A DNA stretch of 64,000 nt from the human T2T-CHM13v2.0 reference genome, Homo sapiens. Of this stretch, positions 26,952 to 38,900 are shown in pieces (position 1 is the stretch's first letter; every line of letters begins with the position of its first letter). Below the pieces are notes generated by a model. The model had not been told where the DNA came from. It searched no databases and saw nothing but the letters and a program-made list of their open reading frames with translations. Where the stretch lies: the NCBI RefSeq assembly GCF_009914755.1, contig NC_060926.1, one strand, 5' to 3'. A program made the position numbers and the translations under genes.

Positions 26952-26995
26952 CTTGACATACTGAAACAGCTGTGTGGGATCTTAAATTCCACTCT
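26952..26995 (-). other. Candidate 44-nt internal exon
   Basis: Minus strand: tatttcttacctttcag|AGAGTGG...ATGTCAAG|gtaagc, consensus acceptor and donor in sequence with no recognisable repeat. Confidence 0.5.
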
Positions 26996-27499
26996 CTGAA
27001 AGGTAAGAAATACATACTCATATCTAACTAGAATTGTTGAGGTTTCTTATCTCTGGTATACAAATATGAAATTATTCCAATAATTCATTGGAATTCATTA
27101 AAGTTAGATTGGGTAATACTTTTTGATAGATTGCTAAAGTCCTGGTTTATTTTTATTCCTTTAACTTCTACTAGTTGTGAAGCCAATGCTAAAGAAACAA
27201 AAAAACATGAAAGGATGACCATTCCTCTAATTGGCTTCTCTTGTTTTGTTGTTTCCACATGTGTTACAAAAGCTTGTCCATTGTTAGACAAGATGCAACC
27301 TCAAACATTCAGTTTCAGAAAGCTTTCTCATACAAAAGTGATGGATTCATAATTGATGGATAATTCTGCCTTCAAAAGATAGAAATATCTTCAAAAGTAG
27401 GACAAGCCTATTGTGCAGATGCAGAGAAATAATATGCTTTGAAGAAGTGGTCATCTGTCATATGACAGCCATTATATATATTGACACAAACATTGCCAT

Positions 27500-27730
27500 A
27501 TAATCCTGAAAATGACCTTGACAGTGAGAAATTAGTAATTCTGACTTAGAAGTAAGGAAATTAATAAAGAGAAGCTAAGTGATTTGCTTAGTATCACACA
27601 ATTGATGGGTAGTAGGACAGTAATTTGCACCTGCACTTTCCTCTTTAGCTTCCTCATTTTTGAGAGAAGTCACCTTGGGCCCAGAATGTTAAATCCCTTT
27701 CTCAGAGTAAGTGGCAAAGCCAAGTTCAAT
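27500..27730 (-). mobile_element. MIR fragments
   Basis: gagaagctaagtgatttgcttagtatcacaca; cccagaatgttaaat...gtaagtggcaaagcc. Confidence 0.5.
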
Positions 27731-27914
27731 GCTTTGATCAGATGATGGTAACTGCCATAGGAGAGTTGAAAGTAGGTTCGAATCTGGGAGTTATAGGTAT
27801 GTGATGTTTTTCTTACTGTAACTATCTAGAAAACAGAATCTGACTTTACCTTGATCAGGAAAATTTTGTTAGAAATGAAAATCAATGTTAGAATGAGAAA
27901 TAATTTGCAAATAC

Positions 27915-27951
27915 CTGCTCAGCCATTTTGCAGTTGATCTTAAGAAGTTAA
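27915..27951 (-). other. Candidate 37-nt exon containing an ATG in strong Kozak context
   Basis: Minus strand: cctttaacatcag|TTAAC...AAAATGGCTGAGCAG|gtattt; splice signals weaker than those of the 44-nt exon. Confidence 0.3.
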
Positions 27952-28130
27952 CTGATGTTAAAGGACATGTATTATGAGCAATTAAAAGAAATGCCCAACC
28001 AAAGCTGATTAATGTTTTTTTCCTGATTTAGCTTACTTTGATTTCTTTCTAGACACTGATTGATCAGTTGTCTTTACGTGATTGGTTTTGTGTTTTCTTT
28101 CCCTTCAGTTTTCCTAAATAGACATTTTCC

Positions 28131-28161
28131 CATACAGACATTTTTCTGAAATGTCTGTATG
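28131..28161. repeat. Perfect 13-bp inverted repeat with 5-nt loop
   Basis: CATACAGACATTT-ttctg-AAATGTCTGTATG. Confidence 0.9.
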
Positions 28162-28619
28162 TTTAGAGGTGGAGAGATTGTGACATAGAGAATAGAATCT
28201 AAAACATATTTTATCAAGTTATTAATTTAGTATCATACAAATATAATTTTATGTATCCTGAATTAACTAAGGACACCATCACTTCCCCTTCAGGATCTGC
28301 TGAGCTGTCTGAAAATGTTCATATTTCCTTACCATGGAAAAAGATTTTCAAAAACCACATTTTATTTACCACTTCTGTTGTTTTCTCTGAAAATAATCAG
28401 TATGTAAAATTTATAATATACAAAAGATATTTAAAAATGCCTAAAAAGATAAACCAAACACTTAAATTACCAACTTGGTTAAAAATATAACATTCCCAGT
28501 ATAGTTTAAAGTAGTCCTGTGTATTTCTCTCCTATCATATATATGTATATATACATATTTTTTTCTTTCTATCCAGATAAAAACTCTGTCCTGAATTTGA
28601 TCATTATTTTCATGTATTA

Positions 28620-31600
28620 ATGGCACACCCAGTCCCCAGAATGAGGGAGATTGTTGTAGATGAAGTTTACTTAAGTTTTGTGTAGTTTGCTCTGTGCATA
28701 TTTTACACCTCCCTCCATGTGAAAAACAAAAATATGAAGCACATATTGAATTTCAGTTAATTGGTGTGCTTTTCATAGTACTATGGGTTAGTAATTCTGA
28801 AACCATTTCTTTGCATATTCTAAGTTTGGGTAAATAAGTACTTAAGTATAAAGGAATTAGATAATTTAGGTTCTTAGCTTTGAGTACTGACAGGGTATAA
28901 AAAAATGACACACCAGCAGGAATGGATTATACCTAGCACCCATTTTGCAGAAATAGTTAATTCCAGGGCTAAAAAAGGGAAAACGTAACATGGCCCTGGA
29001 AGAGCTTGACATGCAAGACAGCAAAGAAGTTCTCAGAGAATAAAAGAGACTTATCAAAGGAAGACAATAATCAAAATGAATAGATTTCCACTGAAAAATA
29101 AAAATTAATAATAATTAACAGTGATAGTGAAGTATTATCATCCACTAAATTTAAGAAAAAATGCATGTCTATGCTGATAAAAGGAAAAATGATAAAGAAA
29201 AGTTCATCTTTACAGTATGTCATTAAATACAGAAGGAATTATAGAATTATAAAGTCATTAATGAACACTAAACCTAATGAGGGTTTGATGAATAATAGAA
29301 ACTTTACATAGATGAAGAACAGGAATGTTTTCACAACATTATGTGTTCATTTTAAAAAGTAGTATAGTAACTTTATGTTGGAAATTCTGGTAGACACTAT
29401 GTTAACTAAGTTATCAATATCAATAACATCAATATTGGACAAAGACTGTGATATGGTTTGGCTGTGTCCCTACCCAAATCTCATCTTGAATTCCCACGTG
29501 TTGTAGGAGGGACCCAGCAGGAGGTAATTGAATCATGGAGGCAGGTCTTTCCCATCCTGTTCTCATGATAGTGAATAAGTCTCATGAGATCTGATGGTTT
29601 TATAATGGGGAATTTCCCTGCACAAGCTCTCTCTCTTTTCCTGCTGACATCCATGTAAGATGTGACTTGCTCCTCCTTGCCTTTCACCATGAATGTGAGG
29701 CCTCCCCAGCCATGTGGAACTGTAAGTCCATTAAATCTTTTCCTTTTATAAATTGCCCAGTATCGGGTATGTATTTATTAGCAGTGTAAAAACAAGCTAA
29801 CACAGTAAATTGGTACCATTAGAGTGGGGTGTTGCTGAAAAGATACCAGAAAATGTGGAACTGACTTTGGAACTGGGTAACAGGCAGAGGTTGGAACAGT
29901 TTGGAGGGCTCAGAAGAAGACAGGAAAATGTGGGAAAGTTTAGCAGTCTCTAGAGACTTGTGGGATGGCTTTGACAAAAATGCTGATAATGATCTAGAGA
30001 ATGAAATCCAGGCTGAGGTGGTCTCAGATGGACATGAGGAACTTGTTGGGAATGGGAGCAAATATGACCCTTGTTATGTTTTAGCAAAGAGACTGGCAGC
30101 ATTTTGCCCCTGCCCTAGAGATTTGTGGAACTTTGAACTTGAGAGAGATGATTTAGTGTAACTGGCAGAAAAAACTTCTAAGGAGTAAAACATTGAGGAA
30201 GTGACTTGAGTGCTGTTAAAGGTTATATAAAGGTTATAGGGTTATATATTCAGTTATATAAGGGAAGCAGAGCATAGAAGATCAGAAAATTTGCAGCTTG
30301 ACAATGTGATACAAAAGAAAATCCCATTCTCTGAGGAGAAAATCAAGCTGGCTGCATAAATTTGCATACGAAATGAGGAACCCAATGTTAATCCCCAAGA
30401 CAATGAAGAAAATGTCTCCAGGGCATATCAAAGGACTTCATGGCAGCCCCTCCCATCACAGGCCCAAAGGCCTAGTAGGAAAAAGTGGTTTCATGAGCTC
30501 GGCTCAGGGTCCCTCTGCTGCCTGCAGCCTAGGGACTTGGTGCCCTGCATCCCAGTCACTCCAGCCATGGTTGAATGGGGACAATGTAGAGCTCAGCCCA
30601 TGGCTTCAGAGGGTGTAAACCCCAAGCCTTGGCAGCTTCCACATGTTGTCAAGTCTATGAGTACACAGAAGTCAAGAATTGGGGTTTGGGAACCTCTTTC
30701 TAGATTTCAAAATATGAATGGAAACACCTGGATGTCCAGGCAGAAGTTTGCTGCAGAAACAGGGCTCTCATGGAGAACCTCTGCTAGGGCAGTGTGGAAG
30801 GGAAATGTGGGGTTGAAACCCCAACACAGAGTACCCACTTGGGTGCTGCCTAGTGGAGCTGTGAGAAGAGGGCCACTGTCCCCAAGACCCTAGAATGATA
30901 GGTCCACTGACAACATGCGCCGTGCACCTGGAAAAGCTGCAGAAACTCAATGCCAGCCCATGAAAGCAGCAGGAGGGAGGCTGTAACCTGCAAAGCCACA
31001 GGGGTGGTGCTGCTCAAGACTATGGCAACCTACTTCTTGCATCACTGTGACCAGGATGTGAGACATGGAATCAAAGGAGATCATTTTGGAGCTTTAAGAT
31101 TTGACTGCCCTGCTGGATCTTGGACTTGCATGGGTCCTATAGCCCCTTTGTTTTGGTCAATTTCTCCCATTTGGAAGGGCTGTATTTACCCAATGCCTGT
31201 ACCTCCATTGTATCTAGGAAGTAACTAACTTGCTTTTGATTTTATAGGCTCATATGCAGGAGGGACTTGCCTTGTCTCAGATGAGACCAGACTGTGGACC
31301 TTTGAGTTAACGCTGAAATGAGTTTAGAATTTGGGGGCCTGTTGGGAACAAATGATTGGTTTTAAAATGTGAGGACATGAGACTTGTGAGGGTCCAGGAG
31401 TGGAATGATATGTTTTGGCTGTGTCCCCATCCAAATCTCATTTTGAATTCCCATGTATTGTGGAAGGGACCCAGTGGGAGGTAATTGAATCATGGGGGCA
31501 GGTCTTTTCCATGCTGTTCTCATGATAGTGAATACGTCTCTCCAAATCTGACGGTTTTATAAGGGGGAGTTTTCCTGCATAAGCTCTTTCTCTTTGCCTG

Positions 31601-32270
31601 CTGTCATCCACGTAAGATGTAACTTGCTCCTCCTTGCCTTTCACCATGAATGTGAGGTCTCCCCAGCCATGTGGAACTGTAAGTTCATTAAACCTCTCTC
31701 TGTTAATTGCCCAGTCTTAGGTATGCCTTTATTAGCAGCATGAAAATGGACAAATACAGACTGACATTCTATTTCTACTGATGATCCACTAAGGAACATG
31801 TAATGTCTCTATGGTATTTCTTCCAAAACTCTCTAACCTAAATATAATCATTAGGAAACATCAGACACACCTAGATTAATGGATATTCTATAAAATATTT
31901 GGCTTATGTTTTTCAAAATTGCCAAAGCTACACAAGCCAGAGAAGGGCTGAGGGTATGCTCCACTCAACTAAAGTGGCTTTTGATGCTAATTTCAGAAAA
32001 TCCTCAGATTGAGCTATGGCCAAGATGACAGTGGTAGGTGGTGGGAGATAGTACTGAAAATATTGAGACATTTTAAAAATATTGAGTATGGACCAGAATT
32101 ATATAACAGTATTGTATCAATGATAAATTCCTGGTTTTGATTATGCTCTTGTAGTTTTGTTAGAGAAGCCCCTTGTTCTTAAGAGATGGTACCTCTACCC
32201 TCAAAATGTTCAAAGGTTTTTGTACTATCTTTTCAACTTCTCAGTAAGTTTCAAATTATGTAATATAAAA
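28620..32270 (+). mobile_element. L1MC/ME 3' region, host of THE1B
   Basis: ggaaattctggtagacact...; ggtatttcttccaaaa...ggaaacatcagacacacc; tattgtatcaatgataaattcctg. Confidence 0.7.
29449..31758 (+). mobile_element. Full-length THE1B (MaLR): LTR 29449-29804, internal 29805-31405, LTR 31406-31758
   Basis: TG...CA LTRs starting tgatatg(g/t)tttggctgtgtccc; internal region starts gtaaattggtacc; perfect 5-bp TSD GACTG (29444-29448, 31759-31763). Confidence 0.95.
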
Positions 32271-32709
32271 GGTTACGATGTATGGTATAGAGAAAATAAA
32301 GACTAATTTTCTTTAGCATTAATAAATGTCCATTTTACCATAGCTGGGTTGAACTATATATTAACTTTAATTATTGAGTTATAACTTACCCCATCAACAA
32401 TTAATCAGCCAGTGTGGAATTGGCAATATTTGTGCTTATGGTATTATGCACAGAAATTTGAAGAAATAAAAGATACCTTGGACATGGCTTAGTATTCATA
32501 AAGCTTTTAATCTGGTTTGAGAATCAAAACTATCAAATATAAATATGACTGAGTTGGGTGATATGTGGAATACTGAGGTATGGGAAAGAAAACATACCGT
32601 GAAAGGACCACACTATGAAACAGTGGATTTATTGAATGAGCAGCCTCATGGTTCATCCAGCATATCTGGATAAGATAACTAGAAATCTGGGGGTAAATGT
32701 GAAATGAGA

Positions 32710-32920
32710 AATGTATTTATTGAGCATCTAATATATGCTTGGCATCATGCTCAGTTTTTGCTACCTTATTTATTCATCATCGCAATGCTGTGAGTTTGAT
32801 GTTTTTTTGTTTCTCACAATTTAGAAATTGGAAAATGGTTACTGAGAAAGTTTAAATAACTTATCCAAGTTTGGGGAATTCAGGATTTGCATTCATGTGG
32901 CTCTCATTTAAAAGCCAATT
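32710..32920 (-). mobile_element. MIR
   Basis: atttattgagcatcta...gagaaagtttaaataacttatccaag...caggatttg. Confidence 0.6.
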
Positions 32921-33569
32921 CCTAAAATAAAATACGGCAACCAAGTAATAAAGTCCTTAATAAACCATCTTAATCTATCTCTTTGATTTTCCCATTTAAA
33001 AAAGAGAGTGTTAATAGCAACCTGCAGTTCATTTCATCCCTAATCTAACTAGGAAAGTAAGATAACTTTGCCAAATTCCCTCGTTAACATGCTAGTAACA
33101 GACCTCTATACAAAGGAAGCCTCCATATCCTGTGTCAGCCTTCACTAGCATGAATAAGCTTATCTACGAAATGCTTTTACATGATGTACCAGGACCATTC
33201 TGATTGCTTAAGTCAAATAAATTAAACTGAAATGTACAGTTTTATAAGTCAAAAAGTATCATTTAAGCTATGCAATTATTAGATTATAAACTAGGGATTT
33301 TTGTAACCTAAATTGCATGGTGATTTTCCACTTGCATGTTGAATTTAGTTCAGGGCACATTCTAATATGGTGAAGAAATACTTGGGAAGAAACGTGGCTG
33401 CTCCATAATATCGTGTGCTTAGCTTTGTCCTTGAAGTTATTACTAAAACTTGATACCGAATGTGATCTCTGATTTATATGCGTCTGAACTGACAACGTAA
33501 ACTTTTGTGTTATTGTATCATCCTTCCATGGTATTCTCCTCTTTAAAAACTTCTTATCATTGCATTTAT

Positions 33570-33910
33570 TGATTTAATCTAAACTTACTGAGTACTCATT
33601 ATTTTTCAATAATGGGGCTGGGCACCATATATAGAAATGGCCAGATTCAGTCAAATGTCGATTCACTCATCATGGCCTCCTTGCCAGATTAGATTTTATG
33701 TTTTTCTCCTATGTTCTTATGGCATTCTGAACATATGTCTATTTTGATGTGATATTTACTCTATATTCATATCATTTGTTAATATATCTGTGTCCTAGTC
33801 CCCAGAAAAAGTCTATAAAAAAAGAAACTAATTCTCATTTCTTCATTATAACTTTCTTAATAACAAGTATAGTGCACTGCAAAAGAAAATGATAAATATT
33901 TGTGGGAATA
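33570..33910. mobile_element. L2 3' fragments (both orientations)
   Basis: acttactgagtactc...gctgggcacc (antisense); agtatagtgcactgc...ataaatatttgtgg (sense). Confidence 0.4.
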
Positions 33911-34989
33911 TAAAAGATTTTTATCTTTGCTTCTTATATTGTTCTTACTTGCCTTGTGGTCACTACTTAGTTAAAATTAACAAAAGATCTCTATCAGGCA
34001 CAAAAGCCTCAAGTAAAAGAAAAAAAAAAGAATTTTAAAATTATCATTTCACTGGATGACCTCTGTGGGAAAATACGGTTATCTTTACGTTTATAAAGCC
34101 TTTTCTTCCTTCCCTTTACTTCTTTTTTCCCTAAGGACCTTGCTTTAGAAAAGGAGAAACACAAAGACCACCAGAGAGAAAAGTTAACTTTAACACCATT
34201 CTCTTATTTAATTCTAAGAAATCTGTGTTGATAATAATTAAATTAATCATGTATCTTCCAAGTTTTATTAAACGACTTCCCAACAACTTTACTGTCTTTA
34301 TTGAGCACCCAGCTTCTCTGTGTGAATGAGACAAAGTGCTGCCTTTGTTACTGTGTTCTGACTCAGCAGCAATTTCTTAGGATTTATGAATTCAAGATAA
34401 GTAAGCCAGAAAAGATGAATCTCTCCCTTTATCCATGTTGAAGATACTTATTCATTCACTTGTGCTAAACTCTACAGTACTTGTGAACTCTGTAACTTAA
34501 TTAACATTTTTTAAAACAAAATAAAAATAGCAAGAATATGGCATTTTCCCATCCTTCTCTGTTTCATAATTGCAGTTCATTTTTCGTATAATGCTCTAGT
34601 TCTGCAAATACAGCCAATTTTTTTAAGTAATTAGGTTGTCTATTTTGGGTAAATATGCTACAGTGTGAGAATGTGTATCTCTGTGTGACTTGATATAAAT
34701 TGTGTTAATTAAACATGCCATTGTTTAGAAGCAACATCTAAAAACAACCACCAGAGAATTCATTTTTAATGCAGTAATCAAATTCTGGTGCTTGGAAGGC
34801 TTAAGCTTAATGAGCTCCAGGAACTATAATCAAGTGAAGATTTTTTTTTTTTTTTTTTCATTAACTGGGGCCAATGTGGCTGAGGTAAGCTAGGGCAGAG
34901 AACGGGGTAAATTTCAGCCATCAATGCCACTCTGCAAGGCAGACATCAATAGAGGTAATATTGAAGCCAGAGCTGAGAAAATAGAAGTA

Positions 34990-35150
34990 AATGTTTACTG
35001 GGTATATACTGTAAACTACAAACAAGACCATGTGTTAAGTAATATACATGGTATTTCTTTTATAATCTGCTCCACAACCATATGGGGACATGTTGTTGTC
35101 TCTAACGATGGTGAACTGGAACTCATAGTAAGTAAGCAACAAAGAGATCA
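34990..35150 (-). mobile_element. MIR
   Basis: aatgtttactggg...ccatgtgttaagt...tataatctgctccacaacc. Confidence 0.5.
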
Positions 35151-35454
35151 CAAGGTTAAAGTATATAACTTTATTGGCATGCATATTTTAAAACTGCACA
35201 GTGCTGGCATTTTCTAAATTAGCAAGTTCTACTCAAAAGGTGGGTAGAGGGTTGGGTAAAGAGAGAATGGGAAAAGCAAACTAGAAAGTAGGAGAGAAAA
35301 GAGATTAGAGGAAGTAGAGCGTGGGCAAATCCTGGGTACCTGAAGCTTATACAACTGGAGGGGACTTCCTCATGGAAACAATATAAAATTATGAATATAA
35401 AATTAAATATTGGAGCCCTGAGAAGACACCCATGAAAGTAAGTAGCTCTAAAGA

Positions 35455-35935
35455 TGCCCATCCTAGTTATGTTTTGCTGCAAATTAAATCATTCCCCAAA
35501 TTTACAAATTAACTCTTCCTATTATGTTTTACATCTTTGGAGTTGGATAGGATCAACTAATAAGTATTTGCTTAGGGCCCCTCATGTAGTTGGAATTACA
35601 TGCCAGAGAAGGCTGGAGTCATCTGAGTCCTTGACGAGCTGGACAACCAAAATGACTCATTCACATGACTGTCAATCTGTGCTGGCAATCACTGAGCACG
35701 TAGCTATGACTAGACCATGATCTTAGCTTGGCTGTCTTCATGGCCTCTGCCTGTGCCTTGTGCTTCTCATGGAATAGCACCTGGGTTCTGAGAGCAAGTA
35801 TCACAAGAAGCAGCTTTCCAACAGAGACGAAGCCAATTTTGCCAATCCTTTTCAAGAGTTGCCTAGAAGTTGCACAACATTACTTCCACTGCATTTTATT
35901 GGTTAAGCAGTCACAGGTCAGTCCAGATTTAAAGG
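35455..35935 (-). mobile_element. MLT1 (MLT1H-like) LTR truncated by L1 insertion
   Basis: ggctggagtcatctg...tcattcacatgactg...acttccactgcattttattggttaagcagtcac. Confidence 0.65.
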
Positions 35936-38900
35936 AGGAGGGGAGGGAGCCAAGATGGCCGTTAGAGAAACACTGGGAAGTTTGGCACACTCTGAGCAGA
36001 TTTTTTAAGGGAAGGCATTGAGAGTGGATGGAGTGGGGACACGGATGCTGAGCTGCAAAGGGAGAAAGCTGGAAACCCCGGATGGGGCTAGCGAGCACCA
36101 GGACTGCTTCCAGGCCTCCAGCAACTCCTAGTGAAGGAGTAAGCTGAAAAGGCAAGGAATGGCACATTCTTACCATGGACCTCCAGGATCTTAGCTGCAG
36201 GAGACCTGATGACCCTCACAGACACACGAGCTGGCAGGGAGAGCTGCTTAAAGAGGTTATAGGGGTGGGAGTCCAGCCTGTATGTAGTCCAGAGAGCTTG
36301 ATGAGGGAATGTCAGGAGTGCAGTCCAGCCAAGGATGCCCACCCCCTAAGGCTTGCCATGATCCTTTAGGAGACTTTAGCCATAAGGTGACCGTTGGACC
36401 TAGGCAGAGCAAGTCTTGCCTGTGAGATAGGGCCAGTCTGATCTGAGTGTTCTCCTGTCCACTTGCCTCTCCTGGGGCCCCAGCCTGGCTGTGCCCACTT
36501 GCAGCACAGTTTTCGATGCCCAACAAGGGTGCCTGTCAGTGCCCTCATTATAGTTGTTTTATCAGAAGACCACACCTGACTATCAGAGAGCTCCAGTAGA
36601 CCAGCAACCGCCAACATGTGCCAACCTCCCTGCAACCTCCCTGCATGCTACCCTTCTCCCTCTGCAGCCTTCCCCCACCACTTTGCCAGTACACACTTGC
36701 CCACAGCCATTTCCACACTGCTTTGCTGGCACACACGGGGGCTTACTCCCCACACCCTGCCAGCCTGCACATATGCACAGACCCCACCAAACACTGCTGC
36801 AGGTGGAAGGACAACTACTGCCCCATCCATCCCCTGATGATGTGCAGGCACCCCGCTGTGCCATCATTACCGATGTGAACACTCACTCAGATTCCAGCAA
36901 CCTCACCCCTATTCCCTGCCCCTCGTGCACCTGCCACTGCCAGTGTAAATGTGCACAGGGACAGTGGCAGCCCTGCCCCCACCAGGATTCTATCATTGCT
37001 GCTGCTAGCACGAGCACACACAGGAATGCCAAAGCCCACTCCTTTCAGTACCCTACCCCAGCTGATGCACATGCACTCTGCCATGCTACCATGACTCCTG
37101 GCATGCATGAGCAAGCATGGATCCCACTGCCACCACCCCTGTAAAGCATTTTGGCCAGCACCACCCACTGGAGTGTTGTGGCCAGGAGACTGGGAACACC
37201 TCAGCCCCTCTGGCACAGCATGTTTCTAACCTCAAGTTGCCACAGAACAAAGCTGAAAGGCAGAGTACCAGCCCCCGCAGAGTTAAACCACATAGACCAG
37301 GAGTGCTGAGCTGAGCGTCAGACTCCTGAAATCTTTCAGAAACAAGGCCAGTAAACTGAACCCACCTTATACCACAATCAAACCCACAAGGGCATCAAAG
37401 GAAATCAAAGCAAAAATCCTATCCAAAGGACAGCAACTTCAAAGGCTGAAGGAACATCAGCACATAGATGAGGAAAAAAAATAACACAAGAACTCTGGCA
37501 GCTCAAAAAGAAAGATTGTCTTCTTACCTCTAAAGGACTATGTGGTTATCAACCAGCCTAAAATGGCTGAAATGACAAAAATAGAATTCAGAATATGGAT
37601 AGAAACAAAGATCGTCAAGATTCAGAAGAAAGTTGAAACGCAATCCAAGGAATCTAAAGAATACATTAAAATGATACAAGAGCTGAAAGATGAAGTTGTC
37701 ATTTTGAGAAAGAACCAAACTGATCTGATGGAGGAAAAAAATCACTTCAAGAATTTCAGAATAAAAAGGCAAGTATTAACAGAGTAATCAACCAAACTCT
37801 GGAAAGAAACTCAGAGCTCAAAGCCTGGTTCTTCAAAATAACTCCATCAAACAAAATTAAAAAAAAAAAAAAGAATGAACAAAACCTCCAAAAGATATGG
37901 AATTATGTAAAGAAATCAAATCTATGACTCACTGGCATTCCAAAAGAGAGGGAGAGAAACCAAGCAATGTTAAGAACATATTTAAGGAAATTATTCATGA
38001 AAATTTCCCCTACCTTGCTACAGAGGCCAACATTCAAATTCAGGGAATGAAGGGAACCTCTTTGAGATGCTGTACAAGATGACCATTCCTAAGATAAATA
38101 GTCATCAGATTCTCCAATATCAAAATGACAGAAAAAGACAGAGAAGGGGCAGGTCACCTATAAAGAGCACCCCATCCATCAGGCTAACAAACAGCAGATC
38201 ATTCAGCAGAAACCGTACAAGCCAGAAGAGACTGGGAGCCTATATTCAGTACTCTTCAACCAAGAATCTCATATTCAACCAAATTAAGTCCCATAAGCCA
38301 AAGAGATATAAGATCCTTTTCAGACAAGTAAATGCTAAGGGAATAAAAGGATCTACTACACCTACAAGACTTGCCTTACAAGAGGTCCTAAAGGGCATGA
38401 TAAATATGGAAAAGAAAGACCATTAGCAGCTGCCACAAAAAAACACACATAAGTACATGGACCATTGATATCATAAAGCAAGCACATAATCACGTATGTG
38501 TAATAAACAGCTAACAACACTATGACAGAATAAAATCCACATATATCAACATCAGCCTTGTATGTAAATGGGTGAAACACACACTTAAAAGGCACAGAGT
38601 GCAAGTTGGATAAAGAAACAGGACCCAAGTCTATGCTGTCTTCAAGATATCCATCTCACAGTCAATGACACACATAGACTCAAATAAAGTGATGGAGAAA
38701 AATCTACCAAGAAAGTGAAAAACAAAAAAGAGCACATATTGCTATTGGAATTTCAGGAGAAAAAAAAAACAGACTTTAAAACAATAAAGATGAAAAAAAA
38801 AGACAAAGAAGGGCATTACACAATAGTAAAGAGGTCAATTCAACAAGAAAACCTAAATATCCTAAGTATGTATTCACACAGAAAAAGAGCACCTATATTC

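Noticed and set aside
29901-31228. THE1 internal ORFs (also 55613-56833)
   Set aside because: Broken remnants of the known MaLR internal ORF.
36554-37144. 196-aa Pro/His/Cys-rich ORF and overlapping ORFs on both strands
   Set aside because: Lies in the C-rich, repetitive 5'UTR of an old L1P. The composition is stop-poor and there is no recognisable domain.
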